From Nitrospirota bacterium (GTDB lineage: Bacteria; JACPQY01), in NCBI GenBank assembly GCA_016180645.1, contig JACPAV010000017.1:1-64000 (forward strand): a stretch of 64,000 nucleotides of DNA. Reading direction: 5' to 3'. The position numbers and the translations under genes were made by a program. Each line of letters starts with the position of its first letter. Position 1 is the first letter of the stretch. This document shows positions 45,879-55,900 of the stretch, piece by piece. The notes beneath the pieces were generated by a model that made no database searches, was not told the origin of the DNA, and saw only the letters and a program-made list of their open reading frames with translations.

Positions 45879-46415
45879 ATGAAACTCATTGCACGAACAA
45901 CGGCTCTGGCCCTCGTAATTTTCCCCGCCCTGGCGGCATCGGCCGACGCGAAGGACATCAAGATCGGATACGTGGATCTGCAACAGATTCTGTTCAATTC
46001 CGAGCGGGGAAAACAGGCGAAGGAGGCGCTCTCTTCCGAGTACGAAGAGCGCAAGACGCTGCTGAAAAAGCACTACGACGAAATTCAGCAGATGGAAGAG
46101 GACATCCAGAGCAAAGGCTCGCTTCTCTCGGAGGATGCGAAGAAGAAAAAGGAAGAGGCCTACTGGGACAAACGCCGCGATTTTCAGAGCCAGACGGAGA
46201 AGCATGAAACCGAGCTTCGGAAGAAAGACATGGAACTGACGCAGAAGATTCTTGTTGAAGTTCAGGCGTTGCTTCAGGATCTGGCGAAGAAGAAGGGCTA
46301 CACGCTCGTGATCGAGAAGAATGAAGGCGCGGTGCTGTATGCGGCGGACAGCGAGGATCTGACGAAGGACGTCCTCGGCGTGTACGACGCGGCGGGCAAG
46401 AAGCCGAAGAAATAG
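45879..46415 (+). CDS. skp: Periplasmic chaperone Skp/OmpH
   Basis: Signal peptide MKLIARTTALALVIFPALAASA. OmpH-like IGYVDLQQILFNSERGKQAKE and a long charged coiled coil. Followed directly by lpxD. Confidence 0.85.
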   Translation: MKLIARTTALALVIFPALAASADAKDIKIGYVDLQQILFNSERGKQAKEALSSEYEERKTLLKKHYDEIQQMEEDIQSKGSLLSEDAKKKKEEAYWDKRRDFQSQTEKHETELRKKDMELTQKILVEVQALLQDLAKKKGYTLVIEKNEGAVLYAADSEDLTKDVLGVYDAAGKKPKK

Positions 46416-46417
46416 TC

Positions 46418-47521
46418 TTGGGCGGGCACACGCTCGAGGAGTTGGCGCGGCACGTCGGAGGCCGCGTGGTGGGGGACGGATCTTTCGTTGTCCGCGGCGT
46501 AGCGCCGATCGACGAAGCGGGTGGGGGCGACCTGACGTTCATCGCCAATCCGAAGTATCGCAAGCATGCGGAGACCACCTCCGCGGGAGCCCTGGTCGTG
46601 CATTCCGCTGAGGAGGCGGCCGGTCGAAACGCGATTGTGATCGACAATCCGTATCTGGCCCTCGCCAAGATCCTGGAGATCCTGATTCCCGAGACCCGGC
46701 CCACGGCGGGGATTTCGTCCATGGCCTACGTGGATCGAACGGCAACGGTCGCCGAAGACGCGTGCGTTTTCCCCTTTGCCTACGTCGGTCCGGGCGCGCA
46801 GGTGGGGCATCGGTCGGCCTTGTACCCCTTCGTGTTCGTGGGTGAGGGGGCCTCCGTGGGTGATGACAGTGTGTTATATGCGGGCGTTTGCATTCAGCAC
46901 GGATGCAAAGTGGGGAATCGGGTGATTCTTCAACCGGGTGTGGTGATCGGGGGAGATGGATTTGGATATGCGCCGGATGGGGTGCATTACCGGAAGGTTC
47001 CTCAGGTGGGGCGGGTGGTGGTCGATGATGACGCGGAGATCGGCTCGAATACGACGGTGGATCGGGGAAGCGTGGGGCACTCAAGAATCGGAAAAGGAGT
47101 CAAGATCGACAATCTTGTCCAGGTCGGCCACAACGTCGAAGTGGGGGATGACACCGTGATTGTGGCCCAGACGGCGATTGCAGGCAGTACCAAACTAGGC
47201 CGCTCGGTTCAGGTCGGAGGGCAGGCGGCGTTCGTCGGACATCTGAAGATCGGGGATCGGGCGCGCATTGCGGCGCGGGCGGGCGTGTCGAGCGATCTCG
47301 AGGAGGGGGTCACCGTGGGGGGGAGCCCGCATCAGCCGCACGCCCAATGGCTGCGGTCGTGCATCGTCTTTAGCCGCCTTCCGGAGATTCAGAGCGCTTT
47401 TCGTGAACTTCAGAAGAAAGTCGAAGCGCTGGAGAAACGAACTCCCGTGCCCAACGGGCCGAAGCGCGGATCAACCGTTCGCCCTCGGCACGCGCGGAGA
47501 AAACAAGCAAAGAGGAGGTAG
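46418..47521 (+). CDS. lpxD: UDP-3-O-acylglucosamine N-acyltransferase
   Basis: Left-handed beta-helix hexapeptide repeats and LpxD N-terminal region. skp-lpxD-fabZ-lpxA synteny. Confidence 0.9.
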   Translation: MGGHTLEELARHVGGRVVGDGSFVVRGVAPIDEAGGGDLTFIANPKYRKHAETTSAGALVVHSAEEAAGRNAIVIDNPYLALAKILEILIPETRPTAGISSMAYVDRTATVAEDACVFPFAYVGPGAQVGHRSALYPFVFVGEGASVGDDSVLYAGVCIQHGCKVGNRVILQPGVVIGGDGFGYAPDGVHYRKVPQVGRVVVDDDAEIGSNTTVDRGSVGHSRIGKGVKIDNLVQVGHNVEVGDDTVIVAQTAIAGSTKLGRSVQVGGQAAFVGHLKIGDRARIAARAGVSSDLEEGVTVGGSPHQPHAQWLRSCIVFSRLPEIQSAFRELQKKVEALEKRTPVPNGPKRGSTVRPRHARRKQAKRR

Positions 47522-47523
47522 CG

Positions 47524-47961
47524 GTGGATAGCGTCGACATCCTGGGAATTCTGAAGCGGTTGCCGCATCGCTATCCCTTTCTTCTCATCGATCGGGTGGT
47601 GGAATTGGAGAAGGGCAAGCGGGCAGTGGCGATCAAGAATGTGACGGTGAACGAACCGATCTTTACCGGCCACTTCCCGGCGGAACCGATCTTTCCCGGA
47701 GTCCTTATCGTCGAGGCGACGGCCCAAGTGTGCGGGATTGTGGCCTCGGAGGACGGTTTCAGGAAATTCTACCTCGTGGGCGTGGACGGCTGGCGGTTCC
47801 GACGGCCGGTGCGGCCCGGCGACCAGATCCGCATTGAAGTCCATCTGGAGAGGCACAAAGGCAAGATGTACAAGTTCAGGGGCGCCGCGACGGTGGATGG
47901 AGAAACGGCGGCGGAAGGCGAAATTCTGGCGGTGACGGCCGACGACGAGCCGGCCGCCTGA
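47524..47961 (+). CDS. fabZ: 3-hydroxyacyl-ACP dehydratase FabZ
   Basis: LPHRYPFLLIDRV ... GHFP...PIFPGVL hot-dog fold motifs. Confidence 0.95.
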   Translation: MDSVDILGILKRLPHRYPFLLIDRVVELEKGKRAVAIKNVTVNEPIFTGHFPAEPIFPGVLIVEATAQVCGIVASEDGFRKFYLVGVDGWRFRRPVRPGDQIRIEVHLERHKGKMYKFRGAATVDGETAAEGEILAVTADDEPAA

Positions 47962-47973
47962 GGAGACAAGACC

Positions 47974-48749
47974 GTGGCGAAGATCCATCCGACTTCCATC
48001 GTTCACCCGAAAGCGCGCCTGTCCGAGGACGTCGATGTCGGTCCGTTCTGCACCATCGGTGAGAAAGTCGAACTGGGCGCCGGCACGCGGCTCATCTCGC
48101 ACGTGGTGGTGGACGGCCCGGCCACGCTGGGAAAGAACAACGTGATCTTCCCCTTTGCATCGGTGGGACTGATTCCGCAGGACCTGAAGTTTGCGGGCGA
48201 AGAGACCCGCCTGATCATCGGCGATGGAAACCGAATCCGGGAGGCCGTCACCATTCACCGGGGAACGGCCGGGGGGGGGGGGTGACCACGGTGGGCGATG
48301 AATGCCTGTTCATGGCCACAAGTCATGTCGCGCACGATTGTCACGTGGGGTCGCGCGTCGTCATGGCGAACGGCACGGCGCTGGCCGGTCACGTGACTCT
48401 GGGTGATGGATGCATCCTGGGCGGCCTCGTGGGCATCCATCAGTTTGTGAAGGTGGGCCGCCTGGCCTTCATCGGAGCCGGCGCGATGGTGGCGCAGGAC
48501 GTGCCCCCGTTCATGATGGCCGTGGGGGACCGCGCGCGTCTGATCGGTGTGAACACGCTCGGACTGGAACGGGTGGGATTGAACGTTGATCAGATACGCG
48601 TTCTGAAGACGGTCTATAAGCTCCTCTGCCTGAGCGATCTCAAGTTGGTTGAGGCCCTGGACAAGATTTCGACTGAGCATGGCGACACCGCGGAAGCGCG
48701 CGAGGTGCTCGAATTCGTCCGCGCCTCCGAGAGGGGCATCTGCCGGTAG
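47974..48749 (+). pseudogene. lpxA: UDP-N-acetylglucosamine O-acyltransferase LpxA, interrupted by a frameshift in a G12 homopolymer (48271-48282)
   Basis: The N-part ends ...[11 protein letters not shown] and the C-part resumes [20 protein letters not shown] in the +1 frame. 13 G would restore a contiguous LpxA. The cause is either a homopolymer sequencing error or a genuine slip-strand tract. Confidence 0.8.
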
Positions 48750-48754
48750 CCGGC

Positions 48755-49750
48755 GTGAATCCGCATCGCCGGACTGATCGCCGTCCCCGAAGCGAAGCGG
48801 AGCGGGGAAAAGTGGTCCGGGTTGGGTTGGTGGGCGCGGGCACATGGGGGGCGAACCACCTTGAGAAGTTGAGGCAACTGCCCGACGTCCAGTTGGTCGG
48901 CATTCGCGATACGGATGAAACAAGGGCCAGGGAACTTTGCGCTCGATTTCGCCTGGCTGCCCTGGAGCAGGGCCCGCTGACGGCGAAATCCCTGGATGCT
49001 GTGGTGGTGGCGACTCCCACGGCGGCCCACCATGGTGTCGCGGCGGAATGCCTCCGGAACGGAATCCACGTCTTCGTGGAGAAACCGATGGCGGCCACTC
49101 CGGAGGAGGCCGAGGAACTCGTCGATCTTGCGCGCAAGGCCGGCTGCGTCTGCCAGGTGGGTCACATCGAGCGGTTCAACCCAGCCTGGAGGAACGTGGA
49201 GCCGAAACTGAACCGGCCCATGTACGTGGAGGGTCAAAGACTCGCGCCGTTCCGGGAGAGGGGGACGGATGTGGACGTGGTTCTCGATCTGATGATTCAT
49301 GATGTGGACCTGGTGCTCGCTGCGGCAGGGGCTGAGCCGGTGCGGGTGGATGCGGTGGGAGTGCCTGTGCTCAGCCGGGAAGTGGACATGGTGAACGTCC
49401 GCCTGGAATTCAAAAGCGGCATGGTATGCAATCTGACCGCCAGTCGAGTCTCCCCGGAAACCGTACGCAAGCTCAGACTTTTCCAGCGGGACGGCTATTT
49501 TTCAGTCGACCTTCTGACGGGAAGCGTTCGCCTCTGCAACCTCGGTCCGGACGCTGAAGAGAAGCGGATCTACGAAATGAAGGAGAGTGTCGAGGGGAGC
49601 GATCCGCTTAGGTCCGAGCTGGAGGAGTTTCTGGCCGCCATTCGGGAGAATCGGCCACCCAAGGTGACAGCGGAGGACGGATTGAGATCCCTCCGCGTGG
49701 CGATCCGGATCAAGGAGAAGGTGGGCGAGTTTATGAAACGTCTGGTCTGA
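48755..49750 (+). CDS. Gfo/Idh/MocA-family NAD-dependent oxidoreductase (GnnA-like position in the lpx cluster)
   Basis: Rossmann VGLVGAGTWG. EKP motif FVEKPMA. Located between lpxA and lpxB. Confidence 0.75.
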   Translation: MNPHRRTDRRPRSEAERGKVVRVGLVGAGTWGANHLEKLRQLPDVQLVGIRDTDETRARELCARFRLAALEQGPLTAKSLDAVVVATPTAAHHGVAAECLRNGIHVFVEKPMAATPEEAEELVDLARKAGCVCQVGHIERFNPAWRNVEPKLNRPMYVEGQRLAPFRERGTDVDVVLDLMIHDVDLVLAAAGAEPVRVDAVGVPVLSREVDMVNVRLEFKSGMVCNLTASRVSPETVRKLRLFQRDGYFSVDLLTGSVRLCNLGPDAEEKRIYEMKESVEGSDPLRSELEEFLAAIRENRPPKVTAEDGLRSLRVAIRIKEKVGEFMKRLV

Positions 49751-49762
49751 CCCCCGACCGGT

Positions 49763-50923
49763 TTGGACGCCAAAGAGATCCTTATTGTTGCAGGTGAATC
49801 GTCGGCCGACGGGCACGCCGCCGCACTGGTCCGGGAACTTCAGGCCACTCATCCCCAGTGGAAGTTCTACGGCGTGGGCGGCCCGCGGCTTCGGGAGGCC
49901 GGCGCCGACATCGTTGTTCCGATGAGCCAAGTCACCTTGATGGGCTTCGGCGAGGTGATTCCCAAGCTCAAAGCGGTAAGGGATGCGATGCAATTGCTGG
50001 CGGAGAGCGTTCTCCGGAGACTCCCCGATGCGGCCATCCTCCTCGATTTCCCGGACTTCAATCTTCGGCTGGCGAAACGGTTGAGGAAATTCCCGATTCC
50101 GATCCTGTACTACATCAGCCCCCAGTTGTGGGCGTGGAGGGAAAGTCGGGTCGAACTCGTCCGACGACGGGTGGACAAGATGCTGGTGATTCTGCCGTTC
50201 GAAAAGGAGTTCTACGCGATGCACGGAATTGAGGCCGAATACGTCGGCCACCCGCTGCTGGATCAGGTCGCGGGGTTCCCCCCGGCTCTCTCCTTCCCCG
50301 TGAAGAGGGAGGGGGCTGTCATTGCGAGCGGAGCGAAGCAATCTACGCCCCTCCTCGCCCTCCTCCCCGGCAGCCGCCTGCAAGAGGTGCATCGATGCCT
50401 CCCTGTCATGCTGAACGCAGTGGAATTGTTACAGTCGCGAGGAATCCGGTTGGAACCCTGCGTCTGCCTGGCCGATGCGGTTCGAGAGTCCGCGGAAGGC
50501 GTCTGCGCCGCGCGCGGGATGAAGACGGCTTCTCAAGACCGGATTGGGGAGGTACTATCCCGAGCGGAGGCGGCCCTCGTGGTTTCGGGCACGGCCACGC
50601 TCCATTGCGCTCTATATGATGTACCGATGGTCATCCTTTACAAGACGTCATGGCTCAACTATGCCATCGCGCGGATGTTCGTGCATGTTCCGAATATCGG
50701 CCTGGTGAATCTCGTGGCCGGTCGGACCGTGGTGCCGGAACGGATCCAGAACGAGGCAAGTCCGGCGCGCGTGGCGGATGCGATGGAGCCGATCCTCCGC
50801 TCCTCGGACCTTCGCAGGGAGATCCGCTCAAAGCTTGCTGAAGTCCGGGGAAAACTCGGCCCTGCCGGCGCGAGCCGCCGCGCCGCCGAGTCCATTTCAG
50901 GCTTCCTCACTCGCGGGGGCTGA
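49763..50923 (+). CDS. lpxB: Lipid-A-disaccharide synthase
   Basis: ILIVAGESSADGHAAALV N-terminus and GT-B fold pattern of LpxB. Confidence 0.9.
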   Translation: MDAKEILIVAGESSADGHAAALVRELQATHPQWKFYGVGGPRLREAGADIVVPMSQVTLMGFGEVIPKLKAVRDAMQLLAESVLRRLPDAAILLDFPDFNLRLAKRLRKFPIPILYYISPQLWAWRESRVELVRRRVDKMLVILPFEKEFYAMHGIEAEYVGHPLLDQVAGFPPALSFPVKREGAVIASGAKQSTPLLALLPGSRLQEVHRCLPVMLNAVELLQSRGIRLEPCVCLADAVRESAEGVCAARGMKTASQDRIGEVLSRAEAALVVSGTATLHCALYDVPMVILYKTSWLNYAIARMFVHVPNIGLVNLVAGRTVVPERIQNEASPARVADAMEPILRSSDLRREIRSKLAEVRGKLGPAGASRRAAESISGFLTRGG

Positions 50924-50926
50924 GGG

Positions 50927-52672
50927 ATGAACGAAATACGGTGGCTGCTGGGATATGTCCGCGTCCAGGCAAGGCCTATTACGTTGGGTCTGACCGCTGC
51001 TGCGCTGATCTCCCCCATCCCCGGAATCATGGCGTGGCTCGTGAGGCCATTCATGGACGGCGTCGTCATCAGCCGCAGCACCCAGCTTCTCGTGACAATT
51101 CCTTTGATTCTTGTAGGGCTGGCGATCTTCAAAAGTCTTATGACCTATTATTACAGTTATTCATTAAATGCAGCCGGGCAAAGACTGGTGGCGGAAATCC
51201 GCAACGATCTCGCCGGCCATTACCACCGGTCATCGATGAGTTTTTTCGACCGAAGCATGTCAGGCGAACTTCTTTCGAGGGTCAGCTATGACGTTTCGCT
51301 GATCGAACGGATCGTCCCGGCCCTGGTGGACCTCATCGCCGCGCCTCTCACCGTTTTCTGGCTGCTCGGGGTGGCGTTCTGGCAGGACTGGAGAATTACG
51401 GCGTTTTCTTTGATCGTGTTTCCCGTGGTTGGATGGGGACTGGCCGTGGCGGCGAAGAAGGTGAAGGCCCGAAGCGGCGTGATCCAGACCAAGGTGGGCG
51501 AACTTCTCAGTCTCCTGGACGAAACGGTGGTGGGGGCGCGGATCGTGAAAGCTTTCAACATGGAACGCGAAGAGACAGATCGGTTTCGCGCGAAAAACGA
51601 AGAAGTCCTGGGTTCCGGCCTCCGAGCTTTGCGCATCGGGGTGCTGACTTCGCCGGCGGCGGAGCTTCTGGGCACGGCGGGTTTCGTGCTCGCCTTGGCA
51701 TTCGGAGCTTGGCGCGTGATCGAAGGGGCGACCACGCCAGGGGCGTTCTCATCCTGCATCACGGCTTTGGCCCTTGTCTACCAGCCGCTCAAGAAGGCCA
51801 GCCGGCTGAACAACGTATTCCCGCCGGCGTTCGCGGCCGCGTCGAGAATTGAGAAATTCCTGAAGATCGAGCCGGAGGTGAAGGAACGGCCCGACCCCGT
51901 CGAGAAGCGAAGTTTCGACCGGGAAATCGTTTTCGAGAACGTTTCCTTCCGGTACGGGGAGCAATGGGCGCTTCAGGACTTCAACCTCAGGATTCGGAAG
52001 GGAGAAGTCGTGGCGCTGGTCGGGTCGAGCGGCGCCGGAAAATCGACGATGGTGAATCTACTTCTCCGATTTTACGACCCGACGCAGGGTCGGATTCTTT
52101 TGGACGACACCGACCTCCGCGATCTCTCGTTCGGATCCCTCCGGGCCCTCGTGTCCCTCGTGACGCAGGATCCGTTCCTCTTCAACACGACCATCGCCAA
52201 GAACGTCTTGTACGGCAGTCCGTCGAAATCAGAGGCCGATCTCCTTGAAGCTTCGAAAGTTGCGCAGTCGCATGGGTTTATCGAAAAACTCCAGAGAGGC
52301 TATGAGACCCTGGCCGGCGAGCGGGGCGGCCGACTCTCCGGCGGAGAACGCCAGAGGATCTCGGTGGCCCGGGCGATCGTGAAGGGTTCGCCCGTTCTTG
52401 TGATGGACGAGGCGACTTCCTCGGTCGATCTCGAAGTTGAGTCCGAAATCCAAAGATCCCTTGCGCCCGTTTTGGAGAGCCGGACAGCGATCATCATCGC
52501 ACACCGGCTCTACTCCCTGCGGAATGTCGGTCGGATCATCGTTCTCGATCACGGGCGGCTCGCAGAGCAGGGATCGCACGAGGAACTCATGGCCCGACAA
52601 GGAGTCTACTTCCGTCTCTACCGTTCCCAACTCGCGGAGGACGAGCGCCTCACGCTCTTCCAGCCCCGGTAA
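50927..52672 (+). CDS. msbA: Lipid A export ABC transporter MsbA (TMD-NBD fusion)
   Basis: Six TM helices plus NBD with GSSGAGKST, LSGGERQRISVARA, VLVMDEATS. Immediately downstream of lpxB. Confidence 0.85.
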   Translation: MNEIRWLLGYVRVQARPITLGLTAAALISPIPGIMAWLVRPFMDGVVISRSTQLLVTIPLILVGLAIFKSLMTYYYSYSLNAAGQRLVAEIRNDLAGHYHRSSMSFFDRSMSGELLSRVSYDVSLIERIVPALVDLIAAPLTVFWLLGVAFWQDWRITAFSLIVFPVVGWGLAVAAKKVKARSGVIQTKVGELLSLLDETVVGARIVKAFNMEREETDRFRAKNEEVLGSGLRALRIGVLTSPAAELLGTAGFVLALAFGAWRVIEGATTPGAFSSCITALALVYQPLKKASRLNNVFPPAFAAASRIEKFLKIEPEVKERPDPVEKRSFDREIVFENVSFRYGEQWALQDFNLRIRKGEVVALVGSSGAGKSTMVNLLLRFYDPTQGRILLDDTDLRDLSFGSLRALVSLVTQDPFLFNTTIAKNVLYGSPSKSEADLLEASKVAQSHGFIEKLQRGYETLAGERGGRLSGGERQRISVARAIVKGSPVLVMDEATSSVDLEVESEIQRSLAPVLESRTAIIIAHRLYSLRNVGRIIVLDHGRLAEQGSHEELMARQGVYFRLYRSQLAEDERLTLFQPR

Positions 52673-52698
52673 ACCTTCCTACCCGGCCCGCTCGTCAA

Positions 52699-52772
52699 GA
52701 CGCAGGCTGAAGCCTGCGGCTACCGGCGATGTGAATCCTCGGTAGGCGCGGGCTTTAGCCCGCGGAAGACGC
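52699..52772. repeat. REP/MITE-like palindromic element, family 2 (split copy) in the msbA - giant-gene intergenic region
   Basis: GACGCAGGCtgaaGCCTGCGGCTACC, then a 16 nt spacer, then GGTAGGCGCGGGCtttaGCCCGCGgaagacgc. The same hairpins and GGTAG/CTACC ends as the intragenic copies at 53345 and 54538. Confidence 0.65.
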
Positions 52773-52929
52773 TCACCGGTTGCCGATGATGCTCCAAGAT
52801 TCATGATGTTCGCGCCGACGATTGTGGACTCCTGCCGTTCACCATGTGCCGCCTCAATGCGGCGGGAAAAGCCGACTGTGATTTAGGTCACAGACAGCCT
52901 TTGACAACCCGTGTAGATTTCACCACACT

Positions 52930-55900
52930 ATGCGCATGACCCCGAATCGCCTCTCGCCTTTCTTTCTGCTCACGACTTGCCTCTCGCTACTCATCATTCT
53001 TTCCTCCTGCTACCGCAAGTCCTCCGACCTGCCTCCCCGCAAGAGTGCCGGGATCTCCACTTTGGTTCCCCTGGACATTGCCGTTCCGCTCTCGCCCGAG
53101 GTGGCGGCGGCCCTCAACGGGGTGGCGGACGTGGACGGACTGGCGGCGAACGTAACGGTGAACGGTTCGCCCATGGCGGAGGGAGTGCGCGGAGGTGTGC
53201 GAGGTGGAGTTCGCGGCGCCGAGCAGGGCGGGGTGCGCGGCGGAGTGAGAGGCGGCGTTCGAGGAGCGGAACAAGGGGGTGTGCGGGGAGGCGTCCGCGG
53301 CGGAGTAAGGGGGGTGCCGGAGAGGGTTGACGCGGTAGCCGCACCCTTTACGGGTGCGTCCTCGGACGCGGGCATAAAGCCCGCGCCTACCAAGAAATCC
53401 CGTCACGTAGCCAAACGTCAGGCGTCGGGCGCTCCCGAACTCGAATATTTCTTCGAAGTGTCGATTGACATCCCGCCCGAGGGCTTCCTGGATGGCAAGA
53501 ACGATTTCAAGACCACGATCCGTCCGGCGAGCGAGGACGTGCCGCTCGTGGAAGTCAGCACGCCGGTAACGATCAAGATTCCCGCGCCCTCCGAGGATGG
53601 TGCCCCTCCTGCCGCGGGTGGGGGTGGTTTCCCTCTCGAGGTTGAGGAGACCCCCATCGCCGCCAAGGACATCCAGCTTCCCAAGTCCGAGGGATCGACG
53701 GTCTCGACGCTGGTGAAGGTCTCGGTGGCCATCCAAGAGGCGAAGGCGAGCGGGGCGACGGGGAAGGACCTCTTTTCCCAGGCAATCACCAAGACGAAGG
53801 ACGTGAGTTACAAGCCCTCTGAGGAGCAGGTGAAGGCCACGTTCAAGACCCTCGCCCAGGACCTCAAGGCGACGGTGATCGCGCAGATCAAGGCGGAGAT
53901 GGCGGAGCTTGAGGCGCTGGGAGTCGAAGGCTATACGTTCTCCGTCGAAGAGCTGGAGTCTGTCGAGATCGACGTGGAGGTGGACCTGACGGCGCCCGAG
54001 ACCATCGCCTCCATCAGTCCCGACGCCGCCGAGGAGGGGGTTCCCATCACCCTCACCGCCTCCTGTTTTGACTCCTCCGAGATTCAGTCCGTAGGGGCGC
54101 GGCATGCCGCGCCCGTCCACCGCCAGGCTGAGACGGACGAGTCCTGCACCTTTGTATGTTCGGTGAACGGCGAACCCTTCGAGTACTGCGCCTCCGGCGA
54201 GTCGGTGACGCTGCCGGCGGGAACCTACACCCTTCTTGTGGCCGCGGAGGACGAGCTGGGGAACCGGGACGAATCGCCCGTCGAGATCACCTTCACCGTG
54301 GTTCCGGGAGGCTCCTTCACCTGCGGGAACGACCTCTGCGAGCCGGGCGAGAGCGAGACGACCTGTCCCGCCGACTGCCTGGCCGTCTGTGGGGATTCCA
54401 TCTGCGAGGACGACGAGACGGTGGAGACCTGTCCCCAAGATTGCGACGTGACCGCCCCTGAGACGGAGATTACCGTGAAGCCCTTCCTGATCTCGAACTC
54501 CACCTCCGCCGCCTTCGAGTTTACCTGCGCTGACGCGGTAGGCGCACCCTTTACGGGTGCGTCTTCGGACGCAGGCGTAAAGCCTGCGGCTACCTGCGTT
54601 TTCTTCTGCCAACTCGACATCGGCACCCCCGAACCGTGCACCTCGCCCTTCAGCGCCACCGTCGGCGAGGGATTCCACACCTTCGCCGTCTACGCCGAGG
54701 ACGAATCGGGCAACGCGGACGACTCCTGGGCGTACTACGACTGGACGGTGGACCTCACCGCGTCCGACACCCAGATCCTCACCGGTCCCGCCGGTTACAC
54801 GGACGAGACGACGGCCACGTTCACGTTCAAGAGCGCGGACACAGGCGTCATCGGTTTCGAGTGCTCGTTGGACGGGGGCGCCTGGCAGGGCTGTTCCTCG
54901 CCGTACACCGCCCCGTACTCCCTCGATGCGGGGGAGCACACGTTCTTCGTTCGTGCCTACGACTCGGCGAACAACCCGGATGCCTCCCCGGCGGGGTACG
55001 CGTGGACCATCGATCTGACGCCCCCCGGCGTCTTCTTCTACAGCGGTCCCGATACGGTCACGAACGCGAGCACGGCCACGTTCGACTTCGATTCGACGGA
55101 TACAAGCGTGGAGTTCTTCACCTGCTCCCTCGACGACGGTCCCGAGATCGACTGCGATGCGCCCTACACCGTTCCGGTGACGCTCACCGAGGGCCTCCAC
55201 TGGTTCATCCTGATCGGGTACGACGTGGCGGGCAACCCGTCGTCCGCCGTGGGCTACCTCTGGATCGTGGACCAGACCCCGCCCGGCGCCGTGATCGGCT
55301 ACCCCGCGAACGCCGGGAGCTACGCCTCGGCCTCCGTCACCTCCATCACCGGCACGGCGAGCGACACGGACTCCAGCGTCCTCTTTGTCGAGATCAGCCT
55401 CAAGAGCTCAGACAACTATTACTTCGATGGATCGAGCTGGGTGACCCCCGAAACGTGGCTGATGGCGGACATCACGCCCGACCCGTCTGGGACGGATACC
55501 TGGTCCTACGACCTCCTCAGTTCGCTCTCGCCCGACAGCTACACCCTCAAGGCCGTCGCCACGGACGAGGCGTACAACGAGCAGGCCACTCCGGATCAGA
55601 TCACCTTCACCATCAGCGGGGGAGGGGATACCACCGCGCCGACCTTCGCCGGCCTCGATTCCACCAGCACCGTTTCATCGACCGAGCTCAATCTTGCGTG
55701 GATCGCCGCGTCGGACGCCGTGAGTCTTCCGGGCAACATCAGCTACGACATCTGCGAATCCACCACGCAGGGCGCCTGCGTCAGCACCTTCACGGTGAAC
55801 GCCAGCGTCGTCGGCGTCACCACCACCAACCGCACTGGATTGACCCCTTCGACCACCTACTACTACGTCGTCCGCGCCCGCGACGAGGCAGCCAACACCG

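Noticed and set aside
52987-55200. 737 aa minus-strand ORF antisense to the giant lipoprotein gene
   Set aside because: It mirrors the coding strand of a gene with clear repeated domain structure. Gly/Arg-rich low-complexity artefact.
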